Origin: Diplonema japonicum
Lineage: Eukaryota; Protista; Euglenozoa: Diplonemea
DNA: 64,000 nucleotides
NCBI GenBank assembly: GCA_964019335.1
Contig: OZ025670.1
Location: 434,001 to 498,000, forward strand
Reading direction: 5' to 3'
The position numbers and the translations under genes were made by a program. The notes below the pieces were generated by a model. That model saw nothing but the letters and a program-made list of their open reading frames with translations, was not told where the DNA came from and ran no database searches. Of this stretch, positions 22,584 through 34,463 are shown piece by piece (within the stretch, counting starts at the first letter, position 1; every line of letters begins with the position of its first letter).

Positions 22584-23086
22584 AAAGAAAACAAGATAAT
22601 GTTGAGCATCTTCTTATTCGGTAAAAAAGAAAGAAGAAGAAGAAGAAAAAAGAATTGTCCGCTCCCTCTTTTATTTTTTTTTTGCTTTGTTTTTTTAACC
22701 ATCAAAGGACGGGTTTTTTTTTTTTGGGGGGCAAAAAAAAAAAAGAAAAGAAAAATAAGATCACCTTTAACTTTTTTTCTTCTTCTAAACTCAAAACATG
22801 TGCGGAAATCCGTTCTTTAAGTTTTTTGAGCTTCGTCCTTTTTAATGGTTAATTATTAACAAAAAAAAAAAAGAATTGCATTCGCTTCCACTCGGATTCT
22901 TCCATTTCTGGGTTCTTACACTTCATTTCCCTTCTATTTCCCCTTCTAGCGAGAAAAAAAAAAAAAAAAAAAAAAAAAAACCAATCCAAATAGTAGGGAG
23001 GGAAGGGTAGGCGAGGGGGGAGGGAAGGGTAGGCGAGGCAGAGGGAGGGGGGGGGAACGAGGAGGCGGTAAAGGGGGGAAAAAATA

Positions 23087-23592
23087 ATGTTTGCGAAGTT
23101 AATCCTCGGAGAGGTGTGGTTCTACTTCCTGTTCTCAGGGCTGTGGCATTTAGTGGTTTTTGGCATATCAAGCGGGAAATATGACGGAACGACAGAAGTG
23201 CTCTGGGATGAGTCCTTTAAGTACTTTGCTTCTTCCGAGTCGTTTCAGTCCCAAGGTGGCCGTGGCACTGTCACACACAGCGGCTGTGGTGATCTCCTTC
23301 CTAGTTGGTTCCTTGTAAGTGCCCTTGCGGAGTTCGTGCTGTCGTTACAAATATGCTACTCAGCTAAGCGTGGGACCGGCAAGTTCAATACATTACCACT
23401 TTTCTTCTACCTATGTTGGTACATATACGGCAATATACTTATATGGTCCTCTGACGATTCTGACTGTGGGGATTTTGCTTCTTACGGAAAGTACCACCTT
23501 GTCCTGAGTTACGTTCAGCTGGGGTTCGTAGGCGGCATGTTGTATTGCGTCGCGCACAGCCCTGAAGACACAGAGACCGAAAGAAACCCCTA

Positions 23593-23596
<4 letters not shown>
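23087..23596 (+). CDS. Small multi-pass membrane protein (paralog of 52096-52599)
   Basis: About 4 hydrophobic helices; C...WF...EF...QICY...W....NIL...C...Y pattern shared with the paralog. Confidence 0.7.
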
Positions 23597-23629
<33 letters not shown>

Positions 23630-23801
23630 TTCGTTTGTAAACACCATTTATTCTTAAAATCTTCCCCTTGGTTTTTTTTTTTTTTTTTCTTCTTTTACTT
23701 CTCTCTTCCCCTTTCATGAATTAATCGGGGCGGACAAATGGGAAGAAGGGGAGGGTGGGGGGAAAAATAAGGGAAGAGGGGAACAAGCATGGCTGTTTAG
23801 A

Positions 23802-25025
23802 ATGGGTTGTGTTGAGTCTAAAGACAAAAAAGAAAAGCAGGAGGGCACGAGGCGTGGTACCACGGCCGAACAAGCTCAGGGTCCGGGAGTGAACCAAAGG
23901 GCGCCGCCACAGCCACAGCCACAGCCACCTCCGGTGGTAGCAGCGGCAGCGGCAGTGGCACCTACGCAGCCCATTTTAAATGCTGTAGCAAAGGCGCCCC
24001 CTTGCAATGTCGATGCACCAGACACGGGGGTGGCGGAGGCGGCAGGTGCAAAGAGAGAAACAAGTGTGGCGACGAAGGTGAAGGCAGTCACCAAGGAAAA
24101 GGAGCCCAAAGAACAGGAGGGAGAAGAGGATAAAAAACAGAGCTCAACTGAAAGCCACACCCCGCCCTCAAGAGCTGTTGTGCCGCTGGTACAGAACACC
24201 GAGACCCTGCTGGACAGCTGCCTGGCAGGGAAGGGACATAGCGTTAAAGCAGTCATCATTGCAGCCACGCAGCCTGCCACACAAAGCGCATTGGAGTGCA
24301 CTGCGGACATCAATGCACTGCAGGACACTGTCGAGGACTGCGGTGGAGTGGCGACGGTGCTGCGCGACGATCTGCCAACAGGGATACGGCCCACGAAATC
24401 GCGCATTCTGGGCGCTATCAGGAACGTTGTTTCTTCAGCTTTCCCGGGTGACACAGTCCTTGTGGTGCTTGTGGGGTACACAACCTTCGCGCAAGGCATG
24501 GGCTGCTTCATCCCCTCCGGTTATGACAACAGCGCATACCCACAAGTTGTGAGCGGTGAAGAGCTCAAAGATGCGATCCAAGGTGCTGCCCCGGAGTGCG
24601 CCACGGTGCTTGTTGTCGACACGCCATGTCCCCCTCTCTACCCGCTGCTGCCCGTCTCCACGAGCGAGAAGTTCGTAAGCACCCTGCAGCGGGGCGTTGT
24701 CGCGGAAGTGCGATGCACGCACCCCGCACTTGACAGCGAGGCACCCCCACAGTGCGGCTCCCTTACCACGGCAGTGGGATCTCTTCTGCTAGCGCCCCGC
24801 ATCAGCCACACAGCCACAGGTACCAACACGCTCTTAGCCCTCCCACACCTCCAGTCAGTCCTTGCGTCTCGTAGCCCAAGATCCACACAGGTCACTGTTG
24901 GCTACCTCTGTGTGCAGCCGGCAGAGGCTTTCACCATTGAGTACTCGCCGCAACGTTCCGCAACACCGTCCGACGCCTGCTCGTGGGTGTCGCTGTCGCC
25001 TGTCACACCTGTGAGGCGTATTTGA
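23802..25025 (+). CDS. Metacaspase-like protein (probably inactive) with N-terminal acylation motif
   Basis: MGC start, Pro/Gln-rich N-terminus, DINAL, PTKSRILGAIRNVV...PGDTVLVVLVGY, VVDT; His/Cys dyad not conserved. Confidence 0.6.
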   Translation: MGCVESKDKKEKQEGTRRGTTAEQAQGPGVNQRAPPQPQPQPPPVVAAAAAVAPTQPILNAVAKAPPCNVDAPDTGVAEAAGAKRETSVATKVKAVTKEKEPKEQEGEEDKKQSSTESHTPPSRAVVPLVQNTETLLDSCLAGKGHSVKAVIIAATQPATQSALECTADINALQDTVEDCGGVATVLRDDLPTGIRPTKSRILGAIRNVVSSAFPGDTVLVVLVGYTTFAQGMGCFIPSGYDNSAYPQVVSGEELKDAIQGAAPECATVLVVDTPCPPLYPLLPVSTSEKFVSTLQRGVVAEVRCTHPALDSEAPPQCGSLTTAVGSLLLAPRISHTATGTNTLLALPHLQSVLASRSPRSTQVTVGYLCVQPAEAFTIEYSPQRSATPSDACSWVSLSPVTPVRRI

Positions 25026-25088
25026 TTAGATGTAGATGTATTATGTTCTTATTTGTTCTCATTTGAATACAAGCCAACAGCAGGCAAG

Positions 25089-26419
25089 ATGGGATGCTGC
25101 CAAACGTCGTGTGCGGCGGACGACGCGGAGAAGGAGGACGAGACCATCCAGACACCTGTGAAGGGGAAGCTGAAGGAAACGCTTCTCCAGGAACCGGAGA
25201 ACAGCGAAGGTGGTGACAAGGTGATCGCCATCTCAAAGAATGTGTACCTGAGCGAGAGGGACAAGGCTGTTGATGGTGGGAAGGGTAGCTACCGGTGGTA
25301 CGTGGATCTGGGGGGGTGGGAACCCGATGGCGGCGCCCAGGGTGAAGAATTCCAGTTCTTGATGTCATTGATCAAGGAGGAAAGGGAACGGGAGGGCGTC
25401 ATGCGGTACACGTACTTCGCGGATCAGAAGCGGGCGTTGGTGAGCAGGTTGATGGCAAGGACCGTGTGCAGCACGGCTTTGCAGATCAACCCGCGTGACG
25501 TGACCATCGCAAGAACGAAGGGCAGCAAACCCTACCTGGCGACACCTGTGGAGGCGGAGGCGGTACCAAACTTCAACTTCAACATTTCACACGACGGGGA
25601 CTACGTGGTGCTGGCTGCGGATGGGTTCTGCGTATGTGGAGTGGACGTGGTGGCCCCAGGGTTCAGGGCATCAAGGGATTCCTTCTCAAAGGAGTTCACC
25701 ACACAGGAGTGGGATCTGATCAACAGCAGAGAGAACGATGAGGAAAAAGACAAACTCTTCTCTCTCCTATGGTCGTGCAAGGAATCATACACGAAAGCAC
25801 GCGGGGACGGCTTGAAGTTCGAGCTTGCAAGGGCTGAGTTCAGCGTTGTAGGCGGTGATGATGGCTTCGAGACCAACGAGCCCTTGACGCTCGTGGTAGC
25901 TGTCGACGGTGTGCCAATGAAACGTTGGATATTCTCATCCATGTTGCTCCCAGACGGCTATCGGGTAACAGTCGCTCGTGGGCCTACCTCAGATATTGTT
26001 GACGCACTGGGCGGGTTCACAGCGACTCTGAAACGCTCCATCGACTCCTTCACGAACTCCGAATGGGGTGAGCTTCTCGACACCCCGCAGCCTGGCTTTA
26101 CAAGGATCCCCATTGGCTTCCTTGTTCCACCCTCCAGGCACAATGAGTACACTGTGGTGGGTGGTGTGCTGCCTCCTCCTTCATTCCTCCCAGTGTCGCC
26201 TATTTACACACCGGTTGCCAAGTACGGCAGATCACTGTCATTCCCACGGCCCCCAGCTGGGTTTATGGGCTCTGCAGGGTTTTCACCTAGAGCAAGGTTG
26301 CTCAGAGATGAGGAAGAGGTTTGTCGGGGGGGGGGGGTAATTTTTTATTTAGTTCTCTTTTGTTTTTTTTTTCTAAATAAAAACAACGACAGGTGAGCGA
26401 GGTAGAATACGTCTCGTAA
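25089..26419 (+). CDS. Sfp/AASDHPPT-type 4'-phosphopantetheinyl transferase; probable last intron 26319-26392
   Basis: SKPYL, FNFNISHDGDYVVLA, CGVDVV, FSLLWSCKESYTKARGDGL (WxxKExxxK). Confidence 0.9.
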
Positions 26420-28124
26420 CAAGCAATGTGGTGTGTTTTAGTTGAGGGAGCTGATGTGCTTGATGCTCCTCCATCCCCTATTTGAGCTGGTTAGGAATTG
26501 TAATTTCTAACCTACTGGGAGCCTTTTCCCACCAGATGAAAAGGAAGGGAGGGGGGGGGGGGGGAAGAAAAACCACCCAAGTCAAAAGAGATTGTGTGTG
26601 TGTGTCAAAGGTTTGGTTTATTTTCCCCCCTTCATTTTTTTAAACCTTTTCTGGGGTCAATAGGGAAACGAAGAGGCTGGGGGTGTGTATTTAACATGAA
26701 GGAGCTTGCTTGTGCATATAGCCTTCCCATGGCCTATTTTTCACACTGCTCATGTTATGTTAAGCAATAAATTATGTTGTTCGTCTTTTTTTTTTTTTTT
26801 TTTTTTTTTTTTTCCCGCGTGTACATCGCGATCCATATAGACTATTAGTCCTTCTTTTTATGTTTTTCTCTTTTTTTTTTCTTTATTATTTATTCTACCT
26901 TTTCCCCCGAGATCTGTTCAAGCAATAAATGAAAAAAAAAAGAAACAAAAAGAAATTGGAAGATTCAGAGACGGTGTAAGACCGCCCTCTTAATAGTTCC
27001 TTTTTTAAAGAAGAAAGAAGAAAGGAATGAATTCTTCATATGCAGCATGCCTATGCCCATCAGCCGGCCTTAGAAGATATTTTTCAAAAACACACCCTTA
27101 CGGAATTTACTTTACTAGATGAGATGTGGTAATGCAGTTATTAATCTCAGGGCAAGAAGAAGAAACGGGTTTTTTTCTCTTTTCGAAGATGTTGAAGCGG
27201 GATGTGATCCTGCTCTCAATGTATCTTTGGAAAAGCCCTAATTTTTTTTTCTTTTTCTTTTTTTTTTTCTCTCTCCTCTTTTTTATTTTTCTTTTTTATT
27301 TTGGCAGAACCTTGCCCCCCCCTCCGTATTTTTTGGTCTCTTTTGTCCCTTTCTACTTCTTCTATTCCAGAGGGAAATGTCCCTGGGAAAAAGAGAAAAA
27401 TAAAATAGAAAGAGACGGCCAAAGAGCACTTTCCAATCCCTTAATCGACTTCTAACCACCCCTCCTTTTTTTTTTAACACCCCCTCCCTTCCCCCTTGAA
27501 AAGTTTTTGTACTTTTTTTTTTTTTTTGGTCGTCCATCTACACCTTCTTAAAGCTTGTCCCATGAGGGAAGAAGAGAGAAAAAGAAAAGACAAAACGAAA
27601 GGGGGAAAACGAAAGAAACGCGGAAACGAGAGTGGGTTTCTCTTTCTGTTTTTTTCCAAAAAAAAAAAAAAAAAAAAGAAAAGCAAAACAAAACAAAACA
27701 AAACAAAACAAAACAACTCTGTACTTCCTGTTGAAGCAAGAAACAAAAGAAAGAAGTACTTCCTTCAACATAATCGCTCTGTTCTATTTTTATTAACACC
27801 CCCCCCCCCCCCCCCCTCTCTCTCTCTCTCTCTCCCTCTCTCCCTCTCTTTCTCTCCTTATGGTTATCCCTCTTTCTCAAAAGGTAAGAGTCCAATCAAC
27901 TAGAGGTAGCATTGTCCGCACATCCCTCTTTTTTTATTTTTTTTTATTTTTTTATTTTTTTTATCCTGCTTTTTTTTTTAATTGCCCCCCCCCCCTCCCC
28001 CCCCCTCATTTTTTCTCTCTCCCCCCTCTAACCTTCAAAAAAAGAAAGGAAAAAAGGAAAAAAAAAAAAGAGAGCAAAAAAGAGAAAGAAAAAAGAAAAG
28101 AAAAAGAAGAGGAGCACGCAAGCA

Positions 28125-28622
28125 ATGCCAACTTCCCACAACGTGCAGGAGGTGATACAAAAACTAGGGCTACAACCGCACCCAGAGGGGGGGTACTACA
28201 AGCAGACGTATAGGTCAGCGGAAGAGGTCGATGTGGAAGGAGCGCACAGAAGGGCTGCGACGGATATTTATTTTCTCATAACCGATGACATGCCTTCTAG
28301 ATTCCACAGGCTGAGGTACGGCATTGAGACATGGCACTTTTACTACGGGAGTGCAATGGAAGTGGTGGAGATAAGTACCACAGGGGTGTTATCTAAAACA
28401 AGGCTTGGCCCTGACTTCCTTGGTGATGATGTACTTCAGCACTCTGTGCCGCATGGGTGCTGGTTCGCTGCGCGCATGCTTGGAGCTGGGTATGCTCTCG
28501 TGGGCTGCACGTGTGCCCCGGGATTTGAGTTTTCTGACTTCATCCTTGCTGATCGCCCTGCATTGAATGAACAGTATCCCCACCTTGCTGGCATTATCTC
28601 CGAGCTGACCCCTGAACCTTGA
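28125..28622 (+). CDS. Cupin, DUF985/Cupin_5 family
   Basis: LGLQPHPEGGYY, IYFL, SRFHRL, ETWHFYYG, LVGCTCAPGFEFSDF. Confidence 0.9.
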   Translation: MPTSHNVQEVIQKLGLQPHPEGGYYKQTYRSAEEVDVEGAHRRAATDIYFLITDDMPSRFHRLRYGIETWHFYYGSAMEVVEISTTGVLSKTRLGPDFLGDDVLQHSVPHGCWFAARMLGAGYALVGCTCAPGFEFSDFILADRPALNEQYPHLAGIISELTPEP

Positions 28623-28909
28623 CTTGTTTGGGCTTTATTTTTTTTTTTTTTTTTTTTTTTCTGGGAAGGAGAAAAAAAACTTTAAAAGAGAAAAGAGATA
28701 CAAACAAAAAAAAAAAAAAAAGAAAACAAAAGAAAGAAAACGAAAAAGGGAAATTGCTCCCGCAATTAAAATGATGTTATTATTATATTTTTTTTTGTTC
28801 TCTTTCTTCTTCTTTTTTTTTTTCTCCTCTTTTCTCTTCTTCTTTTTTTTAAAAAAAAGAAAAACGAAAAAGAAGACTCACCACAGGCGGCGGGCATGGT
28901 ACCCGAAAC

Positions 28910-31900
28910 ATGGCGGAAGTAGACAGGTGGCGACGATGGAGGGATTTAGAAAAGAATGTCCTGAACAAAGGAGTGGTCCTGCTGGACGGCAGCGTCGCAA
29001 CGGAAGTACAGCAAGTGTGCGGGGCGCAGTCGATAGATGAGAAGATACTATGTGCAAGGGCAGCGGTGGAGCATGCAGAGGAAGTGCGCGGCATCCACGA
29101 GACGGGGCTGCAGAGCGGCGCGCACATTATCATTGCAAACACGTACTCAACCTCCAGAACAGTGATGGGGGCTGCTGGCTTTGCCTCTGAAGCGGTGGCG
29201 TGCACAACGGCATCTGTTCAAGCAGCCCTTGAGGCTCGCGACAAGTACTCCCCTGCCTCATTGGTCGCAGGGTCCATCTCTTGCCATCCGCCTCTTATGC
29301 CCATTGGAGCTGAAGTAGCACCAGGCACGTGGCCTTCTGCTGCTGAAGAAGTCGCCAATTTCCAAACGCACGCCAAGCTCCTCGCCGACACAGGTTGCGA
29401 CGTCCTTGTGGTTGAGATGGTGTGGGACACACATCACGGGACACGAGCACTCGAAGCAGCATGCTCTGTAGGGCTCCCTGTCATCCTCTCTCTAGCAATA
29501 CCATACTCTGACACTTCCAAGCATGGTTCGCGTCTCCATGAGTCTACCGAGCCCCTGCGGCTTGGAGGTACTAGCGACACCCCTCTAACAGAAGCCGTGG
29601 CAGCCTTCATCAAGAACCGTCCCAGGATCGTGGCCATGTGTATGCATCACACTTCAGTCAGACTTGTGGGACGTGCCCTTCAAGCTATCCGTGACGGGGG
29701 CTGGACTGGTGTGCTTGGCGTTTATCCTATGTCCGGAACCTACAGCTCTCCTCTCTGGCACTGCAGCCCCCTCGATCCCCGTGCGTTCCTCAGCGCAGCC
29801 CAGACATGGGTGTGCAACTATGGAGCACAGATGATCGGCGTAGGTTATGGCCTGCGTGCCTCGCATCTGCAGTACCTCACCAAGCACTCACAGGTTCTTG
29901 TTGATGAGTTCCAAGAATCTAAAATAGAGCAGCTGCACCGCGCTGTGTCCCAGCAGCGGGTGGAGGCCATCAAACAGCTTCTCGACCACTGCGACACAAG
30001 ATCGCGCACGGGGCGGACAGCCCTCCACGTGGCCTCCCGGATCGGTGATGCTGAAATAGTAGACATGCTTCTTGATGCGGGTGCCGATACGACGGTGAAG
30101 GACAACTTCAACCTTACGGCCGCCGACACTGCTATGCTGTGTGGGCACACTGAGGTGCGGAACCAGATACGGGGCCACTCCCAAGGGCCGCGGAAGGTCT
30201 GTGTTGTATATCTCGAATCGCTCAAGGAACAACTAGGCTTGAATCTGAAGCACATTGAGAAGAAGAATGAGGTGCGGATAACAGGCGTGGCACCGGGCGG
30301 TGCAGGTGCACGATGCGGCGTTGTCACGGGTCTGATCCTTCTGATTGACGGCCATGAAGTGCACACGCTGCAAGAAGTCGTGGCGCAGCTGGCGGCCATT
30401 AAAAAGCTGAAACGACATAGTTTCTCGATTGTCATCCAAACCGACCCCCAGTTTGAGGCGGGTGCTGTGGTTGAGGTGCTGAAGGATCTTATAGTGGCTG
30501 GGAAGGTTGCTGTGAGGCAAGGGGCAAGTGCGATTGTGCAGTGTCAGAAGAAGGACAACGACGGCGGACGGCGCGTGGTGCTGACGGGAATGGATCGAGT
30601 CGACGATCGCACGGGCCCCCTGGGTTCCATGCCTTGGGAGATAGCCCATGTCAGTGCTGGAGATGTGAGCCTCTCTGTGTCGGTGGACCTTTCAGGGACG
30701 TACTACGACTCGTGGTCCTGCGAGCAGATAGTTGTTGCCAAACGTGGTGGCGGCGGGTTTGTAGTGAGGTGGTCCTCGAAAGCCAACAACGCAGTGATAT
30801 CGACTAAAGGCCCACTAGTCACGTTCAGAGGGAAAAACGGCGAAGGCATGTCCGGGAACTGGAATGGCACGGCTGTGAACTGGGACAACGGGTCGTCATG
30901 GGTGTTGGAGAGGGGCCGCGTGGACAGGCAGCCTCTGGAAGAGGTCAGAAAAGAGCCTATTCGAAGAGAGCACGAAAAGCCGAAGAAGGTTGGCTCGACA
31001 TTATCAAAAATAGGCAGCTTCTTGCGAAAGGGTTTGGAGGACGCGAAGAGCAGCTCGTTGCCTACATCTGCCCCGGCCAGCCCTCTGAAGCTCAAGAGGA
31101 GCGGTTATTCCACACCCGTCGAGACAGAAGCGAAGCTGTTAGAAGCTGCGTCACAGGGTGATGCAGAAGGTGTCGCCGAGCTGCTTGCTGTTGGTGAAGA
31201 TGTGCAACAGACGAACAAAGAAGGTGAGACAGCCCTCCACATTTCCGCCCGGGATGGTCTTGCAGAAGTGGCTGAGGTTCTCCTCACATATGGCATCGAC
31301 ACCACCTACAGGAATGTGCAGGGCTTGTGCGCTGCCGATGTAGCTGCCCTCCACGGCAAGACAGGACTCCGCATGCGGCTGCGGGAGGCTGCGCAGGGCC
31401 CTCGTGTCTCGTACCGCATGTCCCTCGACACTGCGACAGAGAGGCTTGGCCTGGACCTCAAGTACAACGAGAAGTGGAAGCACGTCAGGATCACAGGCGT
31501 GAGGGACAGCACTGCCGCAGCCAAGGCCGGTGTCGTTCCTGGCATCCTCATCTCTATCGACAGAAAAAACGTCGGCACGCTCGCAGATGTTGTGCGCATC
31601 GTGAACCCCTTGAAGGGAACGGGGAAGGTCTTCACGTTGCTTGTACAAGAGGAAGTCCCCCCCAGGTGCCCAAACAAGCATAAGATGTCACGCGCATCAG
31701 GCATCCCAGACGACATTAAGGCCTACATGCCTGCCGCGGAAAGCGACCTTGTGTTGACATGCGATATCTGCGAAGAAGAAGACTTACAAGACATGGACCA
31801 CTACTACCACTGCATGCAGTGCGAGCATGACGTGTGCAAGGAATGCTGCAGCGTCTCTGAGTTCACGACAGGGAAAACCATTGATGTGCTGTCTGACCTC

Positions 31901-33437
31901 ATCTTTGGCGGTGTCACTGCAGTGCCTGCCGGGACACAGGGCAAGGTGGCAGGCATCCACGTGGACGGCACGGGGCAGCGGAGAATCATTGTAAACGCGA
32001 AACGTGTGGACGGCAGGGGCGGGGCGATCGGGGCATTCTCCCACGAGGTGATGCTCACTCTCGGGGAGCAGCTTGAAGAAGAGCACCAGCCCGTCCAGAA
32101 ATGGAAGGTCGTGTGGGGAGCTGGTGTATTTGTTAGGGAACGGCCTGATACACATGCGGCACAGCTAGGGCTGCGCAAGTGCAGCGAAGTAGTAACGGCA
32201 CTCGAGCAGCATGGAAACTGGATCCGCATAGAGTCGGGGAACAACACCACTGAAGAGTGGATGCTCGTGGAGGGCTCCGAGATTGGCCTTGGCACGCTGC
32301 TGACGCGCCATGACCCTACGGCCACTGATAATGAGTCGACTGAGTCGTGCGTGTCATTCACGCCGCCGATGCAGCCTGAGGCACCAATGCCAAGAAAACC
32401 GTCGTTCGCAGGACTATGGAGCGGCCGTCCTGAGCAAGAGAAGTTGAGAGAAAGGTGGCGCGCACACTGGGCTAAGTACAGCACCAGCGAGGACCCAGGG
32501 ACGTTTGAGCCCCCTGTGCTGGAGGCGACACGGCGGGTGTGGGTGACGTCAGACATCCACATCGACCATAAGGCCAATCTGATGTGGTTGGAGAGCCTCC
32601 CGCAGCACGACGGGGACGGGGTGGCCTACGCGGAAGGAACTCTGATCGTTGCAGGGGATGTGTGTACAAAACTGGAAAGCATCCGGCACGCGTTCAAAAT
32701 ATTAAAGAGGAGCTTCCAACATGTGATGTACTGTGTGGGGAACCACGAGCTGTGGCAGTGGGGGAAGGACGTCCCGGACTCGGTCGAAAAATTCTTCTCG
32801 ATAATGGACGTGGCGCATGAGGAGGGTGTGCAGACGGTGCCGTGCGTGGTGGGCAGTGTTGTGGTGTGCCCGCTGCAGAGTTGGTACCAAGCGAACTTCT
32901 CCGAGAACGACGGGGGGAAGCTGGACAAGATGATCGAAGTGTTCGACGGTGGGTGCAGGTGGCCGGCGTGTGTCGGCGACCCGCTGAAGGAACGCAACTC
33001 ACTCCACGACGGCATCGGGGAGTTCTTCTTGTCGCTCAACGCGCCCCTGCTTGACAACTGGTGTGCACGAGGAATGGTGGTGTTATCCTTCTCTCATTTT
33101 ATACCCAGACCGGACTTGTTCCCAGGGTACAAGAGGTTGGACAGAGTGATGGGCACCAGGGCACTCGAGACTATAATACGCATGATTGGCTCGTCAGGTG
33201 TGAAAAAAAAAAGAAAATAAAAAAAAAAAAAATAAAAATAAAAATAAAAATAAAGTTCATTGCTTCGGCCACTCCCACTTAGACATAGACAAAGTAGAAG
33301 ACGGTGTGAGGTATGTCCAGAATAATCTGGGCTACCCCAGAGACCGATCCGATCCTAAGATGCCTCTTGTATGGTTTTTTTTTTCCTCTTTTCTTTTTGT
33401 ATATGCACAACTACAGGCCGTCTGGGACGCATTCTAA
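28910..33437 (+). CDS. Fusion protein: homocysteine S-methyltransferase-like + (ankyrin-PDZ-like)x2 + Cys-rich zinc finger + SH3b-like + calcineurin-like metallophosphoesterase; introns 33198-33255, 33369-33416
   Basis: LLDGSVATE, GAHIIIANTY, VAGSI; GRTALH/GETALH; CDIC...HCMQCEHDVCKEC; VFVRERP; SDIHID, AGD, GNHE, SHF and spliced GHSH. Confidence 0.8.
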
Positions 33438-34431
33438 TCACATTCGTTTCCATCTTTTTTTTTCTTTTTTTTTCTTTTTCTTTCTCCCTTCCCTCACATG
33501 CCTTCGTCGGGGTTCCGCTTCAGTTTTTTTTTTTTTTTATTGTATTCGAGTTGCGGAATGTTCACGCGTTCTACTCATCGCCCGCCCCCCTTAGGGCTAT
33601 GTTGGCAAGGAAAACGCGTTTCCAAGCTTTTTTTTCTTTCTTTTTTTTTTTTCTTTTTGAAAATAAGGAAACGGAAACAGAAACGTTTCCTTGTTTTGGG
33701 GCCGTTTCTTAAGAAGAGAACACGTTTTTCTCTAAGAAGGAATATGGAAACGGAAACGTTTCCCCGTTTATTTGTCAGCATAGCCGCACCCCTCCCCCCT
33801 TCTTTCTTTTTCCTTTGATTTTTTTTACAGGTTCTGAGATGAACATGCTTGGACCAGTTATAACTTTCATTGGTGTACAAACAGGCAGAAGCTCCTGAGT
33901 GGTCTTTTCTTCTTGTCTTGTGGACAACGTTAACGAACTCAAACAAAAAAGAAAAATCTGCTGTTTTCGGGTAACATCTGTGCACATTTTTTTTTTTTTT
34001 TCGATCGCAATTCCTTCTGGGGGGCCCCCCATTGAACCAACATCTTAAAGAACGAGCTGTCTGTCAGAGTTTTTTTTTTCTTCCTTAGCTTGCAGTAACA
34101 AAAAAAAAAGGAGGGGGTGTACTTACTTACCCCATTTTTATTCACTTCCCGATTCCCCCTTTATATCTTAATTTCCTCTTCCTTTTATCTCCCCCTCCCC
34201 TATCATGAAATGTTCAAAGACTTGCCTGTGGATTTTGTGCCAAAGAAGAAGACAACGAGAGGGGGAGGCAAGGGAAAAAAATAAAAATGAAAAAGAAAGG
34301 AATTGATGCGAACCCAGCCGAAGACTCAGTTTGGGCACACACCGGGAGAAAAAAAAAAAATAGATAAGGTGTGTGGTTAAGATTGTATTTTTTTTTGACC
34401 CCCAAGAAACGTAAATGGATGGATAGGTACC

Positions 34432-34463
<32 letters not shown>

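Noticed and set aside
26420-28120. Poly-Lys/poly-Phe ORFs here and at 9.5-9.9, 11.1-12.4, 22.0-23.0, 33.4-35.5 and 50.1-51.1 kb
   Set aside because: Translations of intergenic homopolymer tracts
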